A DNA stretch of 64,000 nucleotides from NCBI GenBank assembly GCA_021814615.1, contig JAKAHZ010000005.1, positions 4,786 through 68,785 on the forward strand. Reading direction: 5' to 3'. The position numbers were made by a program, and so were the translations under genes. Each line of letters opens with the position of its first letter. Positions within the stretch are counted from its first letter, which is position 1. Positions 29,543 through 39,472 of this stretch are shown one piece after another. The stretch comes from Nitrospirota bacterium (lineage in GTDB: Bacteria > Nitrospirota > UBA9217). The notes under the pieces were generated by a model. It was not told the origin of the DNA and did not search any database. It was given only the letters and a program-made list of their open reading frames with translations.

Positions 29543-30463
29543 TTACTGCATCAACCTCGACACCGGCACGACCTCGATGCCCTGTTCGGCGGCCTCGGGG
29601 AGCCACTTGGCGAGCTCCGCGATCGTCTCGGGATGGGGATGGCCGATGCCGATCGCCCTGCCGTTCTTCTTTGCCAGGCCGGCGAGCTCCTCAAGCTGTT
29701 TCCGGATCGATGCCGGCTTGGAACTGTCGTTGTCCAGGAACACGTCGCGCTTCGCCGACCGGATGCCGAACTCCTTGGCGACGCTGAAGGCCGTGCTCTT
29801 GGGGCTGGTCATGCTGTCCAGGAAGAAGAAGCTCCGGTTCTTGAGCTCCGACATGAGGAAGGTCATGGCCTGGCGGTTCTCGGTGAGGGACGACCCTTCG
29901 TGGTTGTTCACGCCCGCCGCGCCGGGCACGGAATCGATGTCCTCGTTGATCGTGGCGATGAACTCCATGGGCGTCATGTCGGACCGGAGCACGGCGGGGC
30001 CGTTCTTGTCCACATGGGCCTTCGCTTCCATGGGAATGTGGACCAGCACCTCGCGTCCCAGCTGATGGGCCATTTCGGCGATCTTCTTCGACTGCGGCAG
30101 CTTGGGAATGACCGCCAGGGTGATGCGGTCGGGCAGAGCGAGGAGGTCCTTCGCCGGCTTCAGGTCCTGGCCCAGGTCGTCGATCACGATGGCCACGACG
30201 CCGCTGATCTCCCCGGGCGCTCCGTTCTGCGCGGCTCCGCGCTCGCGGCGCGCTCCTGCCTCGCGCTGCGCCGTCTCCTGCTTCTTCACCGGCGGCTTCT
30301 TCTCCGCCGTGCGCCGCGATTTGAGCGGGCCCCAGAGGAGCAGGCTGATTGCGACCAGGGACAGCGCGATGCCGACGATGACGATCGTGGTGTACCGGCC
30401 GCCCTTCTTTCCCGGACGTTTCGCGGGCATTTTTTTCTGGGCCATGGTTACCCTTTTATACAA
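29543..30463 (-). CDS. Divergent polysaccharide deacetylase family protein (YibQ-like)
   Basis: N-terminal TM, then 'VVAIVIDDLGQD...ITLAVIP...REVLVHIPME', typical of the YibQ/divergent polysaccharide deacetylase family. Confidence 0.6.
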   Translation of the reverse strand: MYKRVTMAQKKMPAKRPGKKGGRYTTIVIVGIALSLVAISLLLWGPLKSRRTAEKKPPVKKQETAQREAGARRERGAAQNGAPGEISGVVAIVIDDLGQDLKPAKDLLALPDRITLAVIPKLPQSKKIAEMAHQLGREVLVHIPMEAKAHVDKNGPAVLRSDMTPMEFIATINEDIDSVPGAAGVNNHEGSSLTENRQAMTFLMSELKNRSFFFLDSMTSPKSTAFSVAKEFGIRSAKRDVFLDNDSSKPASIRKQLEELAGLAKKNGRAIGIGHPHPETIAELAKWLPEAAEQGIEVVPVSRLMQ

Positions 30464-30516
30464 TATTGCCGCGCAAAAAAAAAGGCCTTTTTGGTGTTCC
30501 CCCGCAGGATTTTGGC

Positions 30517-30545
30517 TTGACAGCCGGTAAGCATGCTCTTATACT
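30517..30545 (+). promoter_or_regulatory. Sigma70-like promoter TTGACA-17-TATACT upstream of the DAHP synthase gene
   Basis: Perfect -35, 17-nt spacer, near-consensus -10; ~60-nt 5'UTR with GAGGAG RBS. Confidence 0.45.
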
Positions 30546-30609
30546 GCAGGTCACCAAAACCGGAAGAGTTGCTTCTGTAATTTAAAGACTGCCGAGGAGC
30601 ATCGAGAAT

Positions 30610-31638
30610 ATGAGCTTCGATTATGTACGGGAGATCCCGCAGCCCAAGGCCATCCTGGATGCCATGCCCCTGTCCCCGGAGACGGCGGCGGCGAAAAAGG
30701 TCCGCGATCAGGAGATCAAGGCCGTATTCACGCACCAGAGCAGCAAGCTGGTCCTGATCATCGGGCCCTGCTCGGCCCATGACGAGGACGCGGTCTGCGA
30801 CTACATCGGCAGGCTTGCCAAGGTCCAGGCCGAGGTGAAGGACAGCATCATCATCATTCCGCGCATCTACACGAACAAACCGCGCACGACCGGCATCGGG
30901 TACAAGGGCATGGCGCACCAGCCGAACCTGGCCGAGGAGCCGAACATCGTGGAAGGCATCAAGGCGATCCGCAAGATGCACATCCGTGCGCTCAAGGATT
31001 CGGGCCTGCCAGCAGCCGACGAAATGCTCTACCCCGGCAACTTTCCCTATCTCGAAGACGTGCTGGCCTATGTTGCCGTGGGCGCGCGGTCGGTGGAGAA
31101 CCAGGCACACCGCCTTACCTGCAGCGGCCTCGACATACCGGCGGGCATGAAGAATCCCACGTCGGGCGACGTGGAGGTGACGCTCAATTCGATCCAGGCG
31201 TCCCAGGCGGCACACGTGTTCAGCTACAACCGCTGGGAAGTGAAAACGCCGGGCAATCCGCTGTCCCATGCCGTGCTTCGCGGCGCCGTGGATTATCACG
31301 GCCTGGCAGTGCCGAACTACCATTACGAGGATCTGGTGCAGTTCGCCGAGGCCTACCAGAAGCGCGGCCTCGCCAATCCCACGATCATCGTGGACACGAA
31401 CCATGCGAACTCGAACAAGAAGTTCGCGGAGCAGCCCCGGATCGCCATGGAAGTGATGCGGAGCCGCCTGCATTCGCCGATGCTCAAGGAGATGATCCGC
31501 GGCTTCATGATCGAGAGTTTCATCGAGGAGGGGGCGCAGAAGGTGGACGGCGGCGTGTACGGCAAGTCCATCACCGACCCCTGTCTCGGCTGGCCGGCGT
31601 CGGAAAAACTGATCCGCGATCTGGCGGCGATGGTGTAG
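30610..31638 (+). CDS. aroG: 3-deoxy-7-phosphoheptulonate (DAHP) synthase, class I (AroG/F/H-type)
   Basis: 'LVLIIGPCSAHDEDA', 'KPRTTGIGYKGM'; ~342 aa typical of class I alpha. Confidence 0.9.
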   Translation: MSFDYVREIPQPKAILDAMPLSPETAAAKKVRDQEIKAVFTHQSSKLVLIIGPCSAHDEDAVCDYIGRLAKVQAEVKDSIIIIPRIYTNKPRTTGIGYKGMAHQPNLAEEPNIVEGIKAIRKMHIRALKDSGLPAADEMLYPGNFPYLEDVLAYVAVGARSVENQAHRLTCSGLDIPAGMKNPTSGDVEVTLNSIQASQAAHVFSYNRWEVKTPGNPLSHAVLRGAVDYHGLAVPNYHYEDLVQFAEAYQKRGLANPTIIVDTNHANSNKKFAEQPRIAMEVMRSRLHSPMLKEMIRGFMIESFIEEGAQKVDGGVYGKSITDPCLGWPASEKLIRDLAAMV

Positions 31639-31746
31639 GGCCGACAAGGAACCGAACGACTGAACCGCGAAGTCGCGAAGGACGCGAAGAGAATCCGGGG
31701 TGCGATTCGACCCCGTGCAGCGCAGAAAGGACAGCAGAGCATTCTT

Positions 31747-32955
31747 ATGATCGAAGAAAAGGATTCAGAAAAAGAAACCGGCGGCGAGGAGGATTTCGCC
31801 GCAATGCTCGAACAGAGCATGATGAAGCGGGAGAAGCGTGCTCCCGGCCAGGCAGTGGATACGCGCATCGTCTCGATCTCCTCGGAATGGATCTTCCTCG
31901 ACCTGGGCGGCAAGGGAGAGGGATATCTCGACAAGAAGGAGTTCACCAACGAACAGGGCGAGGTGACCGTCAAGGTCGGCGACACGATCCGCGCCTATTT
32001 CGTCTCGACGCAGAACAACGAGCTCCTCTTCACGACCAAGGTCGGCGCGGGGCCGGGCGGCAGGAGCCAGCTCGAGGACGCCTGGCGGAACGGCATCTCC
32101 GTGGAGGGCACGGTCGCCAAGGAAGTGAAGGGCGGGTTTGAGGTGAAGATCGCCGGGAATGTGCGCGCCTTCTGCCCCTTCTCGCAGACCGGCCTGGGCC
32201 GCGAGGAAAAACAGACCGACTTCGTGGGCAAGACGCTCGCATTCCGGATCGCCGAGTACGCCGAGAACGGCAGGAACATCGTGCTCTCGCGGCGCGTGCT
32301 GCTCGATGAGGAGCGGAAAAAGGCGCGGCTGGCGCTCCGCGATACACTGAAGGAAGGCATGCGCGTGCGCGGCCGGGTGACGTCGCTCCAGAAATTCGGC
32401 GCTTTCGTGAACATCGGCGCCATCGAGGGTCTCATCCCGATTTCCGAGGCGGCATGGAGCAGGACCGAAAAGATCAGCGACCTCCTGTCCATGGGTCAGG
32501 AGGTCGAGGTCATCATTAAGCGCATCGACTGGGACAAGGAGCGCATCTCCCTGAGTCTCAAGGATACGCTGCAGGACCCCTGGGAAAACGTCGCCGCCGC
32601 CTATCCCGCGGGCTCCTACCATCCGGGCAAGGTTGCTCGGCTCACGCCTTTCGGCGCCTTTGTGACCCTTGCGGACGGCGTGGACGGCCTGATTCACATT
32701 TCCAAGCTGGGCGCAGGCAAGCGCATCAGTCATCCCAAGGAAGTTCTGAAGGAAGGTCAGTCCGTGGAAGTGAAGATCGAGTCCGTGGACCGCGACAACC
32801 GGAAGATATCGCTCTCTCTCGCCGCAATCAGCAGGGAAGAGGATGAAGCGGCCGAGACGCTGAAGGAGTACAAACAGCGCGAGGCTGGCGAGCCGCAGGG
32901 CATGGGCACGCTGGGCGACCTGCTCAAGGCGAAGATGGACCAGAAGAAGAACTGA
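31747..32955 (+). CDS. S1 RNA-binding domain protein (four S1 repeats; short RpsA-like)
   Basis: Four repeats of the S1 fold pattern (G..v.G.V......fGaFV.i...eGLiHiSe...). 402 aa, shorter than canonical six-domain RpsA. Confidence 0.7.
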   Translation: MIEEKDSEKETGGEEDFAAMLEQSMMKREKRAPGQAVDTRIVSISSEWIFLDLGGKGEGYLDKKEFTNEQGEVTVKVGDTIRAYFVSTQNNELLFTTKVGAGPGGRSQLEDAWRNGISVEGTVAKEVKGGFEVKIAGNVRAFCPFSQTGLGREEKQTDFVGKTLAFRIAEYAENGRNIVLSRRVLLDEERKKARLALRDTLKEGMRVRGRVTSLQKFGAFVNIGAIEGLIPISEAAWSRTEKISDLLSMGQEVEVIIKRIDWDKERISLSLKDTLQDPWENVAAAYPAGSYHPGKVARLTPFGAFVTLADGVDGLIHISKLGAGKRISHPKEVLKEGQSVEVKIESVDRDNRKISLSLAAISREEDEAAETLKEYKQREAGEPQGMGTLGDLLKAKMDQKKN

Positions 32956-33099
32956 CATCGTATTAAATCACCCCACCTGACCTCCCCTTAGCAAGGGGAG
33001 GCGCATGTATTGCCGTGAAGTTGCTAGTCCGAAACCCTTAATATGCGAGTCTGGGAACCGGAATTCGGCTTTTTCGGAATTTCAAGATCGTTGTAACCT

Positions 33100-33732
33100 A
33101 TGGATTTGTTCGACGCAATAGCCGGCCGCACCAGCATCCGCCGTTTCCAGCCCGCGCCGGTGCCCGACGAGATCATCGACCGGATCCTCGACGCCGGCCG
33201 GCTCGCTCCTTCAGCCAACAATATCCAGCCCTGGAGCTTCCTCGTTATCACGGACAAGGCGGTGCTTTCCGCCATGGCTGATGCGGTGCGCGCTGCTGTC
33301 GACCGCATGATCCCCCACACGGAAGATGAACGGCAAAAGCAGCGCCTTGCCGCGTACAAGGGCACCTACTACACCTTTTTCGAGACCGCTCCCGCGGTGA
33401 TCGCCGTGTTCCAGGAGGCATACGATGCGTCGGCGAACCGGTTGCTTGCCCGCATGGGATACTCACCCGATGAGATCCTTCGGCTCCGTCCGAATCCCGG
33501 GCTCCAGAGCGTGGCTGCTGCCGTAGAGAACATGCTGCTTGCCTGCCATGCCCTGGGCTACGGCTCCTGCTGGATGACCGGCCCGCTTGTTGCCCAAGAA
33601 GACTTCGAAAAGATCCTTGGCTACGGCAAAGAGAAATTCATTGCCGCGCTGCTTCCCGTGGGGCTCCCTGCCGAACATCCGCAGCCCCGCCCGCGCAAAT
33701 CCCTCTCCGAGATCGCGAAAAAGATCGGTTGA
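33100..33732 (+). CDS. Nitroreductase-family protein
   Basis: 'RTSIRRFQPAPVPDEIIDRILDAGRLAPSANNIQPWSFLVI' is the canonical nitroreductase N-terminal motif. Confidence 0.8.
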   Translation: MDLFDAIAGRTSIRRFQPAPVPDEIIDRILDAGRLAPSANNIQPWSFLVITDKAVLSAMADAVRAAVDRMIPHTEDERQKQRLAAYKGTYYTFFETAPAVIAVFQEAYDASANRLLARMGYSPDEILRLRPNPGLQSVAAAVENMLLACHALGYGSCWMTGPLVAQEDFEKILGYGKEKFIAALLPVGLPAEHPQPRPRKSLSEIAKKIG

Positions 33733-33793
33733 TCGGTCGCTGCCCGCCCCTAACCGGCAGGCGGATCCAGAATTGAGACCAATTTTATTTGCC

Positions 33794-33823
33794 TTGACTG
33801 TAAAACAAAGGTCGGGGTACAAT
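33794..33823 (+). promoter_or_regulatory. Sigma70-like promoter TTGACT-18-TACAAT upstream of the repeat-protein gene
   Basis: Read directly ~60 nt upstream of ATG at 33885. Confidence 0.3.
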
Positions 33824-33884
33824 TCTCCAGACGTTCACCAAGATATCCGCAGCAAACGTTTCCTCCCTGTCGTGAGGTGCTCCC

Positions 33885-35111
33885 ATGAAAGCCTGCTATT
33901 CCCCGCTCCGCGGACTGCTCGTCCTTGGCGCGGTCCTGCTCCTGCTGATCCCGTCCGTCCCGGCATTTGCCTCCGGGGAGGAGTGTGATGAACACGGCAG
34001 GTGGACGAAGACCTGGACCGACAGCTTCGGCCAAACGACCTATTCGCTCCAGGCGCCCTGCCATGTGTACATAGGATCTCCCTTTACCGTCACCGTGACC
34101 GCGACGGACGCGGTCTATCCGAACACCGATGTGGGCGCAAGCTGGAAGATCAAGGATAACGGCGTGGTTGTCGCCGGCGGAGGCTTCAACTGGATCACGA
34201 CGGTGAACGGCACGTGGAAGCAGACCATTACGCTGAAATATAAGGGTACGCCGGAGGATCATGTTTTCGAGTTCAGCTTCACCGATCTCGGACAGGGAAG
34301 CGGCGCCCACTTCTGGGCAACCAGCATCATCGGTTCCGTTGTCGAGGACCCCTACCCGACAACGAAGATCGGCGTGTATCAATCCGGCTCCTGGTATCTT
34401 GATGCGAACGGTTCGGGAGCCTGGGATGATCTGCCCACTGACGTCTGGTACGGATTCGGAATAGGTCTGGACAACGCGCTTCCGGTGACCGGCGACTGGA
34501 ACGGGGTAGGCACATCGCGCATAGGTGTGTTCGACAGCGGCATCTGGTATCTCGACCTGAACGGGAACGGCGCCTGGGACGGCGAGCTGGCAGACGGCCA
34601 GTATGCATTCGGCGTCGGACTTGCGCATGCCCTGCCGGTGACGGGAGACTGGACCGGTGATGGCATGACCAGAATCGGTGTGTATGCCGACGGCATCTGG
34701 TATCTCGACCTGAACGGGAACGGCGCCTGGGACGGCGAGCCGGCGGACGGCCTGTATGCATTCGGCGTCGGACTTGCGCATGCACTGCCGGTGACGGGAG
34801 ACTGGACCGGCGATGGAATAACCAAAATCGGCGTGTATGCTGACGGCATCTGGTATCTCGACCTGAGCGGGAACGGCGCCTGGGACGGAGAGCCGACAGA
34901 CGGCCTGTACATGTTCGGCGTCGGTCTTTCTCAAGCCGTTCCGGTGACGGGCGACTGGAACGCAGACGGAAAAACGGAGATCGGCGTTTCCGAGAACGGC
35001 GCATGGTATCTGGACCTGAACGGTAACGGCCTGTGGGACGGCGAGCCCATAGACGCTGTGCATCCGGCTTTCGGAGCCAATGGCGCTCTTCCCGTGACCG
35101 GCAAATGGTGA
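33885..35111 (+). CDS. Secreted protein with ~7 tandem ~49-aa repeats (PVTGDW[NT]GDG.T.IGVY.DGIWYLDLNGNGAWDGE..DG.Y.FGVGLA.AL) resembling FG-GAP/VCBS-type calcium-binding repeats
   Basis: Signal peptide 'MKACYSPLRGLLVLGAVLLLLIPSVPAFA'; unique N-terminal ~150-aa domain, then repeats that are near-identical at the DNA level. Confidence 0.7.
   Translation: MKACYSPLRGLLVLGAVLLLLIPSVPAFASGEECDEHGRWTKTWTDSFGQTTYSLQAPCHVYIGSPFTVTVTATDAVYPNTDVGASWKIKDNGVVVAGGGFNWITTVNGTWKQTITLKYKGTPEDHVFEFSFTDLGQGSGAHFWATSIIGSVVEDPYPTTKIGVYQSGSWYLDANGSGAWDDLPTDVWYGFGIGLDNALPVTGDWNGVGTSRIGVFDSGIWYLDLNGNGAWDGELADGQYAFGVGLAHALPVTGDWTGDGMTRIGVYADGIWYLDLNGNGAWDGEPADGLYAFGVGLAHALPVTGDWTGDGITKIGVYADGIWYLDLSGNGAWDGEPTDGLYMFGVGLSQAVPVTGDWNADGKTEIGVSENGAWYLDLNGNGLWDGEPIDAVHPAFGANGALPVTGKW
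34370..35100 (+). repeat. Tandem 147-bp coding repeats (about 5-7 units)
   Basis: 'gacggcatctggtatctcgacctgaacgggaacggcgcctgggacggcgagc' recurs at ~34540, ~34688 and ~34835 with a few substitutions. Confidence 0.75.
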
Positions 35112-35530
35112 GTTGTCGCTGAAGGGACCGCTGAAAACGCCCGGAAAGATTCGTTCGAACCGTTCTGATAACGAAGGCAACAATGCAGCCGCTGCGTCAA
35201 GCAGCGGCTGGTTTATTTCTAACAGGCCGCTTGCTGTCTTTGCGAGTCTCCGTTTTCACGGGGAAAGACTCCGCGAAGCAAACTCGTAGTTGAGGATTTC
35301 AGGCACTACGAGATTGCTTCGTCGCAAGATCGCTCCTCGCAATGACAATTCTGGACTTTTCCAGCAAACTGCTAGTGCTTCTGTCCCTCGGGTCCCTTCC
35401 CGTATGCCCGCCTCGCCTCGGAACCGGAGTTATAATTAACATGCTGACGGGAGGCGGAGGCGGGCCTCATTCGCCGCAGTGATTTCGCTGATCTGGGTTT
35501 CCATCGAAATGGACAGGAAGGGGCAGAACT

Positions 35531-36505
35531 ATGCGGGCGATCAAAGTATCGAAGCACGGCGATGCGTCGGTCCTTGCTTTTTCATCGGTTGAACCGCAGC
35601 CCGTGCCGGGTGACGGTCAGGCCCTGGTCAGGATCCAGGCTGCGGGAGTGAACTTTGTGGATATCTACCACCGCCGCGGCACCTATCCGCTGACGCTGCC
35701 ATTCATCCCCGGGCTGGAGGCGGCGGGCGTGGTGGAGGCGGTCGGCAGCGGCGTTACCATGGTGCGGTCCGGCGACCGAGTCGCCTATACCGGACATATC
35801 GGCAGTTACGCGGAGTTCACGGCTATCGCCGCGGACCGGCTCATCCGGCTGCCCGAGAATATTTCTTTCATCGAGGGCGCGGCGTTTCCGCTCCAGGGGA
35901 TGACTGCTCATTATCTCATCCATGAGTTTCGCACGCCCAGGCCGGGAGACACGGTGTTGATCCATGCTGCGGCGGGAGGCGTGGGCCTGCTCCTGGTGCA
36001 GTGGGCGAAGCGCCTTGGCGCCCGGGTGATCGGGACCGTATCGACGCCGGAAAAAGCTGCTGCAGCTCGAGCCGCGGGCGCGGACCACGTGATCGAATAC
36101 ACTGTCGCGGATTTCGCCGCGGAGACGAAGCGCATTACCGGGGGGCGGGGCGCCGACCTCATCCTGGACGGCGTGGCCAAGGCGACCTTCCCGGGAGACC
36201 TGGAGTGCGTGGCCGTGCGCGGCCACATCGTCGTCTTCGGGTCGGCAAGCGGACCCGCCGATCCGATCGTGCCGAACATGCTCGGGCCCAGGTCCTTTTC
36301 CCTCTCCGGCGGCAGCCTCGGCAATTTCATCGCTACGCGGGAGGAGCTCGAACTTCGGTCCGGCGCGGTGCTCGCCGCGGTTCGGGAAGGATGGCTCAAA
36401 CTGCGGGTAGATCAGGTTTTTCCACTCGCCGAGGCTGCGAAGGCGCAGCGCCTGCTCGAGAGCAGGGGATCGATCGGCAAGATCGTGCTGCAGGTGACTG
36501 CATGA
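35531..36505 (+). CDS. NADPH:quinone oxidoreductase (zinc-independent MDR family, Qor-like)
   Basis: 'MRAIKVSKHGDASVLAF...VRIQAAGVNFVDIYHRRGTYP' and Rossmann 'AAAGGVGLLLVQWAK'. Confidence 0.8.
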   Translation: MRAIKVSKHGDASVLAFSSVEPQPVPGDGQALVRIQAAGVNFVDIYHRRGTYPLTLPFIPGLEAAGVVEAVGSGVTMVRSGDRVAYTGHIGSYAEFTAIAADRLIRLPENISFIEGAAFPLQGMTAHYLIHEFRTPRPGDTVLIHAAAGGVGLLLVQWAKRLGARVIGTVSTPEKAAAARAAGADHVIEYTVADFAAETKRITGGRGADLILDGVAKATFPGDLECVAVRGHIVVFGSASGPADPIVPNMLGPRSFSLSGGSLGNFIATREELELRSGAVLAAVREGWLKLRVDQVFPLAEAAKAQRLLESRGSIGKIVLQVTA

Positions 36506-36648
36506 GCGCTGAACCCCGGAGGTACTAATCCAGAGCCGGAGGAGCTACAAACGTCGCCGAGGGCATATAAGGCAAATCCAGTGATCTCCTTTGAATTTGT
36601 TTGTGACTTCTGTGGCTGAATGCAGTACATTGCTCCGGAGTCAATCCC

Positions 36649-37455
36649 ATGATCGCCTATCCCCATATCGACCCCGAGATCGTCCGCATCGGCCCCTTGG
36701 CGCTCCGGTGGTACGGGCTCATGTATCTTCTGGGTTTCGGCGCTTCCTATCTGCTCGTGGGAAAGCGCATCTCCGGTTCCGGGGGACGGGTGGGCGGAAC
36801 GGCCGTGCCCGCGGAATTCCTCTCATCCTTCTATACCTGGCTCATCCTGGGGCTCGTGATCGGCGCGAGGCTCGGCTATGTGCTGTTCTACGACCTCATG
36901 GAGTACCTGCGGCACCCCGCCGAGATCTTCGCGGTCTGGCACGGCGGCATGTCTTTTCACGGCGGGCTGATAGGCGCCGTGGCCGCCGGCATTCTCTGCT
37001 GCAGGCGCTTTGGCGTCGATCCCTGGCGCATGGCGGACCTGGTGACCGCCACCGCACCGATCGGGCTCGGACTCGGGCGGCTCGGCAACTTCATCAACGG
37101 CGAGCTTTTCGGCAGGGTCACCGACGTTCCCTGGGCCATGGTCTTTCCTGCCGGCGGGCCGCTGCCGCGTCATCCTTCCCAGCTCTACGAATTCCTGTTG
37201 GAAGGCGTGGCGCTCTTTTCGCTTCTCTGGTTCCTCCGGGACCGCATGGGCAGGCCGGGCCGGTCCACGGCGCTCTTCCTGGTGCTCTACGGCTCTTTCC
37301 GCATTTTTGTCGAATTCTTCCGCCAGCCCGATCCGCAACTGGGCTTCATTGCCGGACCCTTCACCATGGGCCAGCTCCTGAGCACGGCCATGATCGCAGC
37401 CGGCGTCGTCCTCTTTGTCCTCCGGCGCAACCGCCGCGCGAACCGGCCGGTCTGA
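36649..37455 (+). CDS. lgt: Prolipoprotein diacylglyceryl transferase
   Basis: 'IRIGPLALRWYGLMYLLGF', 'HGGLIGAVAA', Lgt signature 'GRLGNFINGELFGR'. Confidence 0.9.
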   Translation: MIAYPHIDPEIVRIGPLALRWYGLMYLLGFGASYLLVGKRISGSGGRVGGTAVPAEFLSSFYTWLILGLVIGARLGYVLFYDLMEYLRHPAEIFAVWHGGMSFHGGLIGAVAAGILCCRRFGVDPWRMADLVTATAPIGLGLGRLGNFINGELFGRVTDVPWAMVFPAGGPLPRHPSQLYEFLLEGVALFSLLWFLRDRMGRPGRSTALFLVLYGSFRIFVEFFRQPDPQLGFIAGPFTMGQLLSTAMIAAGVVLFVLRRNRRANRPV

Positions 37456-37630
37456 CATCCTGCGACTTCCCGCAACAGCCGCCATTACCCCGGACGTATA
37501 ATCAAATCGCCGAGAGAAGATTTGTATCCTCTTCAGTCCGCACCCTGGGGACTCGTTTCAGGTCCGGAAAGAACGGGTGTTATACTTAAATAAGACGTTC
37601 CGGCTAAGGAGCCGGGAGCGGGAGGATTCC

Positions 37631-37945
37631 ATGGCAACGAAGAAAGAGACAACCAGGGATTACTGCGACGATGTGTTCGCGGAATTATCGCAGATGCAGA
37701 AACGGCTGCTTGCCCTGCCGGGAGAACTGGCCGCTGTCTACGGCGAGAAAAGCGCCCTGTACCTGAAGTTCGAGCGGTACATGAACGAACTGGCCGACCA
37801 GCTCGCATGGCGCCTGCAGGTCCTGTCCCATTCCTGCACGCAGAACGGAAAAGGCCGGATCAAGGGCGCTGCGGGCGGCGTGCGGATCGACCAGGCAGAT
37901 AATTCGGCGAAGCGGGATATTTCACCGGAGTACGCCGGTAAATAG
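37631..37945 (+). CDS. Hypothetical protein (105 aa)
   Basis: ORF with GGAG RBS; no recognisable motif; first gene of the pentose-phosphate block. Confidence 0.35.
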   Translation: MATKKETTRDYCDDVFAELSQMQKRLLALPGELAAVYGEKSALYLKFERYMNELADQLAWRLQVLSHSCTQNGKGRIKGAAGGVRIDQADNSAKRDISPEYAGK

Positions 37946-38018
37946 AGACGGTTGCCCTGTCGTGACCGCCTGCCGGCGCCACGACGCAACGCATCCGGGA
38001 AATTTCGGAGGGAAGCAG

Positions 38019-38480
38019 ATGAAGATCGCCATTGGTGCTGATCACGGCGGGTACACGCTGAAAACGACGCTCGTCGAACACCTGCGGCTGCTGGGTCACG
38101 ACGTCGCCGATATGGGCACGGACAGCACGGAGCCCGTCGACTATCCGGACATTGCCCGGAGGGTTGCGGAGCGCCTCGTGCTGGGTCGCGCCGAACGGGG
38201 CATCCTGCTCTGCGGCAGCGGCGTGGGCGCCGGCATAGCGGCAAACAAGATTGCAGGCATCCGGGCGGCTGTCTGTCACGATGCTTTTTCCGCGCGGCAG
38301 GGCGTGGAGGACGACGACATGAACCTGCTCTGCCTGGGCGCCCGGGTCATCGGCGCGGAACTGGCGAAAGACCTGGCGGATGTTTTTTTGAAGGCGCGCT
38401 TCTCCGGCGCGGAGCGGCATGTGCGAAGGTTGAACAAGGTGCGCGCGCTGGAGCACGAGCAGGAATGCGCCGAGGCGTGA
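38019..38480 (+). CDS. rpiB: Ribose-5-phosphate isomerase B
   Basis: 'MKIAIGADHGGYTLK', 'LLCGSGVGAGIAANK'; ~153 aa. Confidence 0.85.
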   Translation: MKIAIGADHGGYTLKTTLVEHLRLLGHDVADMGTDSTEPVDYPDIARRVAERLVLGRAERGILLCGSGVGAGIAANKIAGIRAAVCHDAFSARQGVEDDDMNLLCLGARVIGAELAKDLADVFLKARFSGAERHVRRLNKVRALEHEQECAEA

Positions 38481-38510
38481 GGAAGCGCACCGGCGGCCGG
38501 GAGGTGGACG

Positions 38511-39434
38511 ATGGAAGTGGGCTACGTGGGCCTGGGGAAAATGGGCGCGAACATGGTGGAGCGGCTGCTGGAGAAGGGCTACCGCGTGGTGGTCTATGAC
38601 CGGAACCGGGAGGCTCTTCGCGCCATGGAGCAGAAGGGTGCGACGATTGCGGATTCCCTTTCCGAGCTTGCCTTTGCCATGACCGCGCCGAGCGTCATCT
38701 GGGTCATGGTTCCCCATACTGCTGTCGACGATGTTCTCAAGGAGCTCGCGTCCCGTCTCGCTCCCGGCGATACGGTGATCGACGGCGGCAACTCCCCCTA
38801 CCGGGAGTCCATGCGCCGGGCGAAGGAACTGGCCGCAGCGGGCATCGAGTTCCTCGATGCCGGGGTGAGCGGCGGACCCGCGGGAGCCCGGAACGGGGCA
38901 TGCATCATGGCGGGAGGGAAGCCCGAGGTCTATGCCCGGTTCGAGCGGCTCTTCAAGGACCTCGCGGTCGAGGGCGGGTATGCGCGCGTGGGCCAGGCGG
39001 GCGCAGGCCACTTCGTGAAGATGGTCCACAACGGCATCGAATACGGCATGATGCAGGCGCTGGCCGAGGGATTCGCGGTTCTCAGGGCGTCGCCCTTCGG
39101 CCTGGATCTGGCGAAGGTCGCCGATCTCTATGGACACCGCAGCGTGATCGAATCACGGCTTGTTGACTGGCTCCGAAACGCCTACGCTCTTTCGGGACAG
39201 GAGCTCGAAGAAGTATCGGGCGTTGTTGCCCAGAGCGGAGAGGGCGCATGGACCGCGGAGACGGCAAAGGAGCTGGGCGTGCCCGTGCCGGTCATCGAGG
39301 CTGCGCTCCGGTTCCGCCTGGCTTCGGCGAAGGACCCGGGCTATACGGGCAAGGTGCTCTCGGCGCTCAGGAACCAGTTCGGCGGCCATGACATGAAGAA
39401 ACAGGAACGGGCGAAGGAGAAGGTAAAGGCATGA
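38511..39434 (+). CDS. gnd: 6-phosphogluconate dehydrogenase, decarboxylating, short (YqeC/Gnd-like) form
   Basis: NAD(P)-binding 'VGYVGLGKMGANMVERLL', 'GGNS.Y', 'HFVKMVHNGIEYG'; ~300 aa short-form 6PGDH. Confidence 0.75.
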   Translation: MEVGYVGLGKMGANMVERLLEKGYRVVVYDRNREALRAMEQKGATIADSLSELAFAMTAPSVIWVMVPHTAVDDVLKELASRLAPGDTVIDGGNSPYRESMRRAKELAAAGIEFLDAGVSGGPAGARNGACIMAGGKPEVYARFERLFKDLAVEGGYARVGQAGAGHFVKMVHNGIEYGMMQALAEGFAVLRASPFGLDLAKVADLYGHRSVIESRLVDWLRNAYALSGQELEEVSGVVAQSGEGAWTAETAKELGVPVPVIEAALRFRLASAKDPGYTGKVLSALRNQFGGHDMKKQERAKEKVKA

Positions 39435-39472
39435 CCCGGTTTTTGCGCCCGGGGAAAAGGCAGGTGAAACAT

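Noticed and set aside
36591-37589. 332-aa ORF overlapping lgt in another frame
   Set aside because: Arg/Pro-rich shadow frame; lgt signature motifs are unambiguous in the 36649-37455 frame.
39431-39472. Longer transaldolase start overlapping the gnd stop (ATGA)
   Set aside because: Both starts are possible. The shorter start at 39473 gives the family-typical N-terminus (…KIFLDGGN…) and was preferred, with the alternative stated.
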